This document shows positions 1-8,995 of a stretch of 20,426 nucleotides of DNA, in pieces; within the stretch, counting starts at the first letter, position 1; every line of letters begins with the position of its first letter. The stretch covers positions 1 through 20,426 of the forward strand of contig NW_021823981.1 of the NCBI RefSeq assembly GCF_006345805.1. The letters run 5' to 3'. This DNA is from Octopus sinensis (taxonomy: Eukaryota). Below the pieces are notes generated by a model, which saw nothing but the letters and a program-made list of their open reading frames with translations, searched no databases and had not been told where the DNA came from. Both the position numbers and the translations under genes were made by a program.

Positions 1-88
1 TGATTTTAATATCCGGCCATTTGGTTACTGGATCCCTTCACTGTTAACTACCTGTCCCCTTCTCGTGACTAATATTGCACACGTTTCT

Positions 89-253
89 AAGAAATTTAAA
101 ATGCCTGCGTGATAAGTGTAAACCTACTTTTGGGCCATCTTGTATATATATATTAGTCAATTGTAAGGTAGAAATCGAAATGTAATAAAATATTTTAAAA
201 GAAATTTAAAATGCCTGCGTGATAAGTGTAAACCTACTTTTGGGCCATCTTGT
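89..253 (+). repeat. 55-bp exact direct repeat (89-143 and 199-253, period 110)
   Basis: AAGAAATTTAAAATGCCTGCGTGATAAGTGTAAACCTACTTTTGGGCCATCTTGT occurs twice, each copy followed by a (TA)n run. Confidence 0.95.
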
Positions 254-359
254 GTATATATATATATTATATATTTATACATATATATGAGTGTGTGTAA
301 GCGTATGCACTCACGTGTGTGTGTGTGTGTGTGTGTGTGCGTGCGTGGGTGTGTGCGTG
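254..359. repeat. compound (TA)n/(TG)n microsatellite
   Basis: direct reading. Confidence 0.95.
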
Positions 360-797
360 AAAGATTGTAACTGAAAGAAAAGATGACAATAATGCTCAGA
401 GAAACGTAGTGTTAATTCATAAATTTGTTTAAATTGCAATTTCAGTCGCTGCTCGATTTCATGCCCTGCAATCTTTCACAAACACAAACAAGAAACCGCT
501 TATTGATAATCGAACCTTCCCACCACCTCTCACCTTCTCCAATCTCTGGCCTACTTACAATTTGCTATGCTCTCTTTCTTTTCATACAACTACTATCAGA
601 TCTTTTGTTCACTCTCTACTACCACTACTGCCCCCATCACCATCCGTATTGCACTTGGTACCCTTTCTCTTGTTACGTACAGAAGAACTACTCCAGACTA
701 CAGAACTATTCCTTCAACCCTTCCCGCCATTACATCGGTGTTGTTTTATTTCTCTCACAGTCGTCGTTCTTTCTCTTCCATATCTCTTCTTCTATTA

Positions 798-887
798 AGG
801 TAGCAGAATCGTTCGAGAGTCGGACAATATGCTCAGCAAGATTTCTTCCGGCTCTTTACATTCTGAGTTCAAATGCAACCGAGGTCA
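798..887 (+). mobile_element. tRNA-derived SINE family B, 5' fragment
   Basis: GCAGAATCGTT...ATGCTCAGC...TTCTGAGTTCAAAT...CCGAGGTC matches the copies at 4603, 8199(-) and 13711-14127(-); B-box-like GAGTTCAAAT. Confidence 0.8.
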
Positions 888-900
888 GGCTACATCGGAC

Positions 901-1062
901 ATCCCAAACATGCATATTAGAGACCACAGACTACAGGAGGTGGAAAAGTTTACCTATCTTGGCTCTAACGTCACCTACAACCTATCCCTTGATGCCGAGA
1001 TCAATATACGCATTGGCAAGGCAGCTGCTGTGATGGCCTAACTCTCCAAACGGGCATGGGAC
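901..1062 (+). mobile_element. RTE-clade LINE ORF2 fragment (region just C-terminal to the RT core), pseudogenised
   Basis: Translates IPNMHIRDHRLQEVEKFTYLGSNVTYNLSLDAEINIRIGKAAAVMA*LSKRAWD, the typical RTE/BovB 'LEVVEKFTYLGS...EINxRIxKA...F.xL..RVW' motif; in-frame TAA at 1039-1041. Confidence 0.9.
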
Positions 1063-1192
1063 CTCAATACATATATATACATATATACATATATATATAT
1101 AATAATAAGTGTAGATCGTATACTAGTGGGTATATATTTATAAAAAAGAAGTTTGAAAACGCCACTATATAAGATAAATTTTAATTTTCTTA

Positions 1193-1248
1193 GAAATTTT
1201 ACATGTTTCGGTTCTTCTTGAAAAAACGAACCTTATCAAAAATATTTT
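1193..1248 (-). ncRNA. type-I hammerhead-ribozyme-like motif (U3:A8 core variant)
   Basis: Minus strand: ATATTT-TTGATAA-GGTTC(13 nt)GAACC-GAAAC-AT-GTA-AAATTT, with stem II GGTTC/GAACC, minimal stem III and AT-rich stem I. Confidence 0.55.
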
Positions 1249-1387
1249 AAAAAGTCAAGTGTAATAAAAAGTTCATAATTGTTTCTTACTGGTCTCAATA
1301 GGACCCACGTGGTTGTTTTTCGCTGTCTTGTGTTCGAATGAACTGCGGCTGAAATGGCTGAAATATATATATATTTATATATATACA

Positions 1388-1551
1388 CGACGGGTTTCTT
1401 TCAGTTTCTGTCTACTTAATCCACTCACAAGGCTTTGGTCAGTCTGAAGCGACAGAAGAAGACACTTGCTTAGAGTATTACCCAGTGGGACTGAACCCAG
1501 AACCATGTGGTTGGGAAGCAAGCTTCCTACCACACAGCCACGCCTGCACCT
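1388..1551 (-). mobile_element. tRNA-derived SINE family A, head
   Basis: Reverse complement of GGCGCAGGxGTGGCTGTGTGGTA...CCAACCACATGGTTCxGGGTTCAGTCCCACTG...CCCGTCG; aligns with 2098-2244 and 16290-16421. Confidence 0.9.
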
Positions 1552-1699
1552 ATGCATATAAAATATAATAAACAACGTGTTTTAACAATTTTTTTTAATG
1601 CAATTCCTAACAACAACTAATTATAAAAGTACTTTAAAACATCGAATGGCTATGAAGGTTTGTCCAAGTGAAATAGAAATCAAAGGAGTCGATGAGCAA

Positions 1700-1970
1700 A
1701 GTATGTTCGAGAACCACTGTCGTAACACCACTGCTAATTCCCTGCCCCCACACAACATAATCAAAAAAATTTTAATCTTAACAGGCCTAACTAAACAGAC
1801 ACACCTTCACTGCATCAGTTACGTCTTTTCCCTACACGCCCCAGACTTTCTACTAAGTACGTCACTCACTCACAGCTTCCCATCATTTCAACACTATGGA
1901 ATTTCCTCTTGACTCATTTAGTCTTATTTTTTGTATTTTGTCTTTCCTCTTCTTCAAACGGGCGTTGACT
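1700..1970 (+). mobile_element. possible highly decayed CR1/L2-group LINE 3' end
   Basis: Frameshifted peptides in the expected order: 'HCRNTTANSLPP', 'HSF..TLWNFL' (TGG at 1897) and 'LFFKRAL' (~1947-1967), resembling the 'SFFPRT..LWNSLP....L..FK..L' C-terminus; weak similarity only. Confidence 0.3.
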
Positions 1971-2097
1971 TGCAGCAAAAAATTCCAGCTGCGAAGGTCA
2001 GGGAAATCGATATTTCTTGTTTAAAGAAACGAAGTGTAAACTAGGAAATACGGAGTTTGATAAGGCGTGGTAATACATACATACATACATACATATA

Positions 2098-2244
2098 CGC
2101 AGGAGTGGCTGTGTGGTAAGTAGCTTGCTTACCAACCACATGGTTCAGTCCAACTGCGTGGCACCTTGGGCAAGTGTCTTCTAATATAGCCTCGGGCCGA
2201 CCAAAGCCTTGTGAGTGGATTTGGTAGACGGAAGTAGCCCGTCG
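2098..2244 (+). mobile_element. tRNA-derived SINE family A, head (small internal deletions)
   Basis: CGCAGGAGTGGCTGTGTGGTAAGTAGCTTGCTTACCAACCACATGGTTCAGTCC...GGCACCTTGGGCAAGTGTCTTCT...GCCCGTCG, followed by (TATG)n. Confidence 0.92.
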
Positions 2245-2333
2245 TATGTATGTATGTATGTATGTATGTATGTATGTATGTATGTATGTATGTATGTATG
2301 TATCTATGTATGTATGTATATATATATATATAT
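2245..2333. repeat. (TATG)n + (TA)n microsatellite
   Basis: direct reading. Confidence 0.95.
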
Positions 2334-2531
2334 AAATGGAAAGTTTACGAAAATAAACAAAAGACGAAGGCAGGTGGAGTACAAACAAACAAATGTATTA
2401 GTGTAGCGCTCAGGAATAGAAAAAAACTCTTTTACGTTTCAAGCCTACGCTCTTCGACAGAAAGATACACAGAAAAAAAACACGGAGAGAAAAAACTAGG
2501 AGCTAACGATCTATCATGGCGTCCTGACTTC
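2334..2531 (-). mobile_element. ~200-bp insert in (TA)n carrying a hammerhead-like motif (Penelope-like terminal relic?)
   Basis: Flanked on both sides by (TA)n; its left end is similar to 9740-9792; contains the HHR-like motif at 2428-2465. Confidence 0.55.
2428..2465 (-). ncRNA. minimal type-I hammerhead-ribozyme-like motif (degenerate core)
   Basis: Minus strand: TCTTT-CTGTCGA-A-GAGC GTAG GCTT-GAAAC-GTA-AAAGA; perfect 5-bp stem I, 4-bp stem II, palindromic ACGT stem III; core A6 is replaced by T. Confidence 0.55.
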
Positions 2532-2567
2532 ATATATATATATACATATATATATACATATATATAC

Positions 2568-2612
<45 letters not shown>

Positions 2613-2682
2613 TGGCTGTGTATGTGTGTGTGCTTGTGTGTGAGTATGTGCATGTGTGCATGTGTATGTGAATATGTGTGTG
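2532..2682. repeat. compound (TA)n/(TG)n microsatellite
   Basis: direct reading. Confidence 0.95.
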
Positions 2683-2689
2683 AAGATAT

Positions 2690-2852
2690 GATGGGCTTCT
2701 AACAGTTTCCGTTTACCAAATTTATTCACAAGGCACTATTCGACTTGTAATTAATGTAGATGCTATTTGCCCAAGGTACAGCACAGCGAAACTGAACCCG
2801 AAACCATGTGAATGCAAACCGAAACTCTTAACCACACACACTCATGCCTGCA
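2690..2852 (-). mobile_element. SINE family A head, diverged
   Basis: GGGCTTCT..CAGTTTCCGTTTACCAAAT...CACAAGGC...TTGCCCAAGGT...ACTGAACCCG.AACCATGTG...ACCACAC...GCCTGC. Confidence 0.85.
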
Positions 2853-3057
2853 CGTGCGCATGCGCGCAGATACACACACATTCATACGTACAAGCGTATG
2901 TGTATATGTGTATGGGGAGACAGTAGGAGGGACGGGGTGTAAGAAACGAGCAAGCGGAAGGGAGATCGGGTGGGGGTGTATATGTGTATGTGTGTGTGTG
3001 CGTGCGCATGTATCTGTATACCGGATGTTAATGAGACTTGAGAGATTTGTTTTCTAT

Positions 3058-3128
3058 ACACACAAACACTCATACACAAACACACACACATACACTGTAA
3101 ATAGAAAAAGTAAATAAAAATATACATA

Positions 3129-3167
<39 letters not shown>

Positions 3168-3669
3168 TACACACACATACACACACTCATATGTCAAATC
3201 TATGTCTAACTGTGAATAAATAAAAACTACAGACAAACATAACATGTTTATATAAAAGCATTTGCGTATACATAAGTGTGAGTGTGTGTGTGTGTGTGTA
3301 TGTGTGTCTGTCTGTCTGTCTGTCTGTGTGCATGTTTGTCTGTGTATGTCCATGTAGGCGTGTATATGTGTGTGTATGTGTTTCAAACGTGTTTTCGTAG
3401 TTTTTAAAGAAAAAAAAACGGAAATGTTCAGACGCTACAAGAAAGAACGAAAGAAAGAAAGAGTGAAGGAAAGGAAGAATGAATCAAAGAAAGAATGAAA
3501 GAAAGAAAGAGCGAAATAAAGAAAGAAGGAAAGAAAAAACTGAATGAAAGAAAGATTGGATGAAATATGCAGTAAGAGCGAAAAAAAAGGGGAAAAAGGG
3601 AAAAAAATGCAAACTTACACAAATAAAATACATACACACAGACAGACAGACGCACAGACACATATATAC

Positions 3670-3731
<62 letters not shown>
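3058..3731. repeat. simple-repeat block: (CA)n, (TA)n, (TG)n, (TCTG)n, (GAAA)n, (GATA)n
   Basis: direct reading; source of the spurious ORFs at 2882, 3054 and 3428. Confidence 0.9.
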
Positions 3732-3733
<2 letters not shown>

Positions 3734-3819
3734 GCGCAGGAGTGTCTGTGTGGTAAATAGCTTGCTTACCAACCTTCGGCAAGTGTCTTCTACTATAGCC
3801 TCGGGCCGACCAAAGCCCG

Positions 3820-3875
<56 letters not shown>

Positions 3876-4110
3876 AAATATTATGTATGTGTGTGTATTT
3901 GTGTGTCTACGTTTGCCCCACCACCACCACCACCACCATCACTTGACAACCGATGTTGGTGTGTTTACGTCTCCGTAGCATAGCGGTTCAGCATAAGAGC
4001 CCGATAGATTAAGTAAGAGGCTTACAGAGAAAAATTCCTGGGGTCGATTTGTTCGAATAAAGCGGTGCTCCAACATGGCCGCAGTCAAATAACTGAAATA
4101 AGTAAAAGAA
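3732..4110 (+). mobile_element. SINE family A, bipartite copy: head 3732-3820 (internally deleted), central microsatellite, tail 3915-4110
   Basis: Tail CTTGACAACCGATGTTGGTGTGTTTACGTC...GGGGTCGATTTGTTCG...GCGGTGCTCCAACATGGCCGCAGTCAAATAACTGAAA; same layout at 10300-10760, 11321-12122(-) and 15808-16421(-). Confidence 0.9.
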
Positions 4111-4186
4111 GATATATATATATATATATATATAAATATATATATATATTATATCTGTAATATAATACGCGACAATTCAGTTGCCA

Positions 4187-4250
4187 TCATAAAACTCCGA
4201 GTTTCGGATGTCGGGGCGGAAACCTGCTCCGGCATTTCGTCAATTATCGA
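4187..4250 (-). ncRNA. decayed hammerhead-ribozyme-like motif with long stem II
   Basis: Minus strand: ATAA-TTGACGA-(31-nt imperfect GC-rich hairpin)-GAAAC-TCGGA-GTT-TTAT; stem I ATAA/TTAT; the base of stem II is mismatched. Confidence 0.45.
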
Positions 4251-4278
4251 GGGAATCAAAAAAAATTTTATATATATG

Positions 4279-4418
4279 TAAACAACTTATAAATAAGGGC
4301 AAACGAAAAAATTTTCTAATGCCAAATATGCCGAAATTAGACACCCTGTCCATAACCATATAATTTTTTCACAATACGCACGCTACTCAAAAAAGGTCGA
4401 CAGAAATTTCTAAAAAAT
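4279..4418. repeat. ~140-bp interspersed repeat adjoining (TA)n
   Basis: TAAACAACTTATAAATAAGGGCAAA...TGCCAAATATGCCGAAA...ATAACCATATAATT...CGACAGAAATT; homologous to 11676-11751(+) and 11752-11888(-). Confidence 0.85.
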
Positions 4419-4423
4419 TACCT

Positions 4424-4488
4424 CATTACCATACCGGACCGATTTCAGGGTTGGTTCATAAGAACCCTCCCTTCGTCAGTGATAAATG
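4424..4488 (-). ncRNA. type-I hammerhead-ribozyme-like motif with intact core
   Basis: Minus strand: TTATCA-CTGACGA-AGGG AG GGTTC TTAT GAACC AA CCCT-GAAA-T CG-GTC-CGGTA; canonical CUGANGA/GAAA/GUC core, 9-bp interrupted stem II; first pair of stem I is an A-C mismatch. Confidence 0.65.
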
Positions 4489-4602
4489 TGGCAAAGAAAT
4501 AAATGAGATACTTACTCATACCCATGGAAGAAGCAAACACTAAGTCATGAGCACAATTAAGTACCCCAAATACATCCAAAATAGAAATTCTCCAGCCCAT
4601 TT

Positions 4603-4787
4603 AGCTGGCAGAATCGTTAGCACACCGTGCGAAATGCTTAGCATTCTGAGTTCAAATTCCGGCCAGGTCGACTTTGCCTTTCGTCCTTTCGGGATCGATT
4701 AAATAAGTGCAGTGGGTCGATGTAATCGACTTAATCCTTTTGTCTGTCCTTGTTTGTCCCCTCTATGTGTAGTCCCCGAGGGCAATA
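4603..4787 (+). mobile_element. SINE family B, near full length with internal deletions
   Basis: AGCTGGCAGAATCGTTAGCAC...TTCTGAGTTCAAATTCC...GGTCGACTTTGCCTTTC...AATCGACTTAATCC...TGTCTGTCCTTGTTTGTCCCCTCT. Confidence 0.9.
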
Positions 4788-5137
4788 TATATATATATAT
4801 CGTACGTATATGAAATATGTATGTATATAAATATATATAGTATGTGTATATACCTACCACTCACTCTACTAACCTGTGCGTCCACTGCTATCATTCTCTG
4901 TCAGACTTAATTATTTCACCAGAACTAATTATTTCCTAGAGATGTTGTGGCTGTCATTAATTACTCCTGACAACTGTTTTATGTGGTTCGGTCTGAAGGA
5001 AGGAAGAAGTTCTGGTGTTGGCAGATATTCCCCGCGTACCGTCCCACCCACCTCCGTAGACCAATGAACGCAGCACAATTAATATTCCTCATTAGGAATT
5101 GCTGGAGATTGATATGCATGGAGACAAGTGAAAGAAG

Positions 5138-5310
5138 CGGACTTCCTACATGGCAGCTTGATGTGCTAGAAATAGCAACCAAATGTCACCTAACTCTCAG
5201 CCTATCATTTCTTTAATAAAGAAGAATAGTTTTGGATAATGTACTCCTAAATCCATAGTGTATGTATCAACGACGGGATGGTCACAGCTAGAATGTCTTT
5301 CGATTAGGGT
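5138..5310 (+). repeat. diverged interspersed repeat (unclassified, probably SINE/LINE 3' region)
   Basis: GGACTTCCTACATGG...TGCTAGAAATAGCAACCAAAT...TTGGATAATGTA.TCCTA...GACGGGATGGTCACAGCTAGAATG resembles a common octopus repeat as I recall it; not verified by search. Confidence 0.5.
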
Positions 5311-5574
5311 AGACATCAAGTATAAAAAACAATGAAGATATGGATGGGTTGGTAATTCCAATGGTTAAGGTCCTGGTGAAAAGGGTCGCAGATGAATTCT
5401 TAGTAAAGTACCTGATGTGGGTAGGGTAAAATGAGGGCAGACTCGCTATTATTCAGCTGTGAAGAACAGTCTGTTGTACAAGACGTAACGTCAGCCAACA
5501 TTAATTAGCAATTATACATGTCATTACTGATACTGGTTATTATTATCATTGGTTATTACTGAGGTTGATCATTA

Positions 5575-5915
5575 CTGGTATTGTTTTCAGTCGTGTTTGT
5601 TTGTCAGTGGACAAGATATCTCAAGAACCGCTGGATGGATTCGGATGAAACTTTCAGGGATGTTTGGCCTCGTGACTGGCACGAACTGATTAGATTTTGG
5701 GATCGATTCGGTCGGACGAGAATTCTGGATTATTTTTCTTTTTTTTTTTTTTACTTAATTTTTGATAGCGGCCGGGTTCATTTTTAGTATTCTCGTCTGT
5801 GATAGCAGGCGAGTTTATTTCAGACATTCTCATTTAAAAAATCATCTCTGGCTAATCGTTGAGAGGACGTTCGTGTTGCTTTGGCGGAGGTTTGCGCTCT
5901 CTAAATGCTCTTTGC
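5575..5915 (+). mobile_element. non-autonomous Helentron-associated (HINE/DINE-1-like) element
   Basis: GTTTGTTTGTC microsatellite seed, then CAAGATATCTCAAGAACCGCTGGATGGATT..GATGAAACTTT; 3' subterminal TTGGCGGAGG followed by a degenerate stem-loop GCGCTCTCTAAATGC and a T-rich end; 5' end degraded. Confidence 0.7.
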
Positions 5916-6386
5916 TTTTACTGATATTGTGATTCCTGACATTATTTGTATCCCACATTTATCATTACTATTATTGTTTATTACTCATATGGACATTAGA
6001 GATATTAGTTGTTACTTTCATTATTTATTAATCTCATTATAAACACCATGCCGATATAAGGTATACTAATGCGACAAAGCTAGCGACGAAAGACTCAAGA
6101 CTCGAACCCCTTCTCTACATCTTGCCTGACCACCACGTTAACAGTTACACTGTAGAACACCTCCCTTTGATTCCCCTCACATTAGCGATACCAGGTGTTC
6201 TATAGTGTTGTAGGTAAATGGGTAGGTGGTGGATACATGACTCGAGGGATACCCTGACTTTTAGTCGTCACCGGATTTTTCGTGGGCAAATTCGTTTACT
6301 GTAAAATCAAATCTAATCGTTTCAAAACTATGCTTATTCCCATTAACTTTACTTTCATTCAAATAATAAATTGTTATTATACAACT

Positions 6387-6814
6387 GGGACCTTTTCGGT
6401 TTGAACGGCAGTTTTTCTAGCAGTGTCATATGAAATTGTCACCCATAATTATGACCCTAGTATCGATCTATTGCATTTCAATCTTTTTTAGGGTTAAGAT
6501 TAGTTATGGTTAGGGTTAGGGGTGGGGGGAAGGGTATCTTTTTTTCTTCAGAAATGTAAATAAACCCAATCTGTTTCTTAAACGAGGGACTTAATTCATA
6601 CGGCACAGAATGTTTTCACCTCAATAGACGTCAATGATTGGTTGAAATTGCAGAAATTGAAGAAAAAAAACCCCAAATATTTTATAAACTATAGAATTTT
6701 CTCAATAAAGCCAAGAGAAAAAGATGTTTTATAAACACATTCTACCAGTATACGAAGTTTAAAAGTTGCGTGGAAATTATTTTTAAATACTGGCGTTCAA
6801 ACCGAAAAGATCAC
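6387..6814. mobile_element. MITE / non-autonomous DNA transposon, 428 bp, ~29-bp TIRs, 6-bp TSD
   Basis: Left end GGGACCTTTTCGGTTTGAACGGCAGTTTT vs reverse complement of right end GTGATCTTTTCGGTTTGAACGCCAGTATT; ACAACT is duplicated at 6381-6386 and 6815-6820. Confidence 0.92.
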
Positions 6815-6888
6815 ACAACTGTTGACGAAACACTCAGTCATACATTGCAAGACACGTGATTCAGTGAAGCTTATTTTTTCTGTTGTTG

Positions 6889-6914
6889 ATGATGATGATG
6901 ATGATGATGATGAT
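6889..6914. repeat. (GAT)n microsatellite
   Basis: direct reading. Confidence 0.95.
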
Positions 6915-7774
6915 ATTGTTATTGTTCTATCTCAGATTACTATTTAGAATATCTAATATAATTGGCATTAGATTATTAGTAGTTAACAGCAATGTTTTGG
7001 CATTTCGTTATGAATAATTCCGGGATATCTTCATAGGATATTTGTTTAACATTGTAAGATAGAATTGCTTTAAAACTTACTGATTGTTATTCTTTCTCAG
7101 CAGGTCTTTCAGCTAAATCTACAAAATATATTTTCTCAACATCATACACAATATTTTTTTTCAATAGTTATATATATTTTTTTTGTATATCTTTTTTTTA
7201 CGTTTTTCTTTCTATCAACGCAGCAATTTCATTCCATAAAACTATGTAATTTTTTCCCCCCTGGCATCATATTAGTTCTGTCAATCCTCATTAAATAATC
7301 TTCGAATTTAAAAGTAACTCCTCCAGCAGATTTCTCTGGAGATTATGTAAAACATGAATGTACTCTACAACATTTTAATCTACTTCGAGGTAACATGAGA
7401 AAAATTTAATTATTTATTTTTCTTTGTGTAATTTTTATCACCTGTAGTGGGTTTTCATTTTTCTTTATCTTTGTAAAAAATTTTCTCTCCAAATAATTTT
7501 TTTTTTTTTTTTTTAGAAACTTTTTTTTCTTTTTTTTCAGAAGAATGTTTTCTCGCAAAAATGTTTTTGGCTTTTCTTCCGAAACGAATTTTTTTTCCTC
7601 CTGAAACCTGATGCAACTATTTCTATGATAAGTATAACAGTAAACCATGACAGGAAAAAGCTTAAAAGTGCATCATTTCTGAAAAAGAAAGAAAAAACTT
7701 CAGAAGAGACGATAATAATTATATTTTGTATAAAACTGAAATTGACAGAAACGAGCTTTAAATAAATTAAACAT

Positions 7775-7995
7775 AGGCGCTAAAAATTCCTGTGTGGTAA
7801 GTACTTGCTTACCAACCACATGTTTCCGGGTTCAGTTCCACTGCGTGGTACCTTGGGCAAGTATCTTCTGCTATGGCTTCGAGCCGACTAAAGACATAAT
7901 GAAGTTGATATAATCACCCACCACATATACATGTACAAACAAATTTTAAAGGTGGTGCTCCAGCATGGCCGTTGTGCTAAAGCCAATTAAAGAAT
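7775..7995 (+). mobile_element. SINE family A: head 7775-7895 and short tail remnant 7948-7995
   Basis: TGTGTGGTAAGTACTTGCTTACCAACCACATGTTTCCGGGTTCAGTTCCACTGCGTGG...; AAAGGTGGTGCTCCAGCATGGCCG. Confidence 0.85.
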
Positions 7996-8198
7996 CAACC
8001 TTTTTGGTTCAATTACACAGCGATGTACATAGTAGTCCTCCGGGCGAGAGAAAGTTCGATTCTTTCAGAGTGACGTTGTGTCAGTCGTCGACGTGCATTC
8101 CTTTTGTTGTTGTTGTTGTTGTTGTTTAACCCCGCGCCATCTCTGACGTAGAAAATCAGTCATCAAAACCTTCTAACCATAATCTTTAAAAAAATTTT

Positions 8199-8425
8199 TT
8201 TTTTATTGCCCACAAGGGGCTGAACATAGAGGGGACAAACAAGGACAGATAAACGGATTAAGTCGATTACATCGACTCCAGTGCGTAACTGGCACTTAAT
8301 TTATCGACCCCGAAAGGATGAAAGGCAAAGTCGACCTCGGCGGAATTTGAACTCAGAACGCAGCAGCGGACGAAATAACACAAACAATTTCGCCCGGCTT
8401 GCTAACGTTTCTGCCAGCTCGCCCT
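8199..8425 (-). mobile_element. SINE family B, near full length
   Basis: Closely matches 13895-14127; A-rich tail appears as a T-run at ~8195-8205. Confidence 0.93.
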
Positions 8426-8889
8426 CCACTTACTTTCCGCCTTGTACCCAGAATTATATTATTATTTTTCTACCGTTCCTTGCGTTTTTTTTTTGTATTT
8501 GTTTTATCTTATTTTAGGATGATAAGTGGTTTGAGGGTAATTCGACTACTATTTTTAGTAGAGAGAATGACTAAGCTCCCTCGATGGCTCGTTGTTGATG
8601 ATTAAATTTCTCCTTAGTGAGAGGAGGGAGAAGAACGGAACCGCCATTTGGCATTTTCCTGGTCTAATACGCTCGACCTTCAGAGTGAAATGGGTTGATG
8701 TAAACCTGTGTAGAATGTCCATCGGATGGTGGACTCTGCCACCCCTTATAGATAGTGGTATCTCCTCCTACTCTGTTCTCACCTCCTCACACGCACAGAC
8801 AGACAGACAGACTCACCCACAGACACACACAAACACACAGCAAGGGTTCCTTGACGCTGTTCTATGTCTACTAGTGAAACCGTAAAAGA

Positions 8890-8995
8890 AACTTTTAAAA
8901 TTTTAAACTCTACATCGGCGGGATTTGAACTCATGATATTAAGCATCTGATTAAATACCGCGAAGATGTTTCTGACGACACTCTACCAATTCCAT
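8890..8995 (-). mobile_element. SINE family B head, diverged
   Basis: TCGGCGGGATTTGAACTCA...AAATACCGC...CGACACTCTACCAATTC. Confidence 0.55.

Noticed and set aside
425-1033. 202-aa ORF
   Set aside because: It starts at TTG, has no recognisable domain, and runs through a SINE and out of frame through the RTE fragment.
2041-3983. Many ORFs rich in YI/CV/HT/YVCM repeats (also at 9677, 11477-13223, 16287-16720 and 20079-20387)
   Set aside because: They are translations of (TA)n, (TG)n, (CA)n and (TATG)n microsatellites and of SINE sequence.
6488-6521. Telomere or telomere-fusion remnant
   Set aside because: There are only three perfect TTAGGG units, and they are internal to a TIR-bounded MITE.
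8518-8885. 19-nt microexon (AG|8518-8536|GTAATT) or the 97-aa ORF at 8592
   Set aside because: Such splice-like motifs are expected by chance in T-rich DNA, the length is not frame-preserving, and the peptide has no recognisable similarity.
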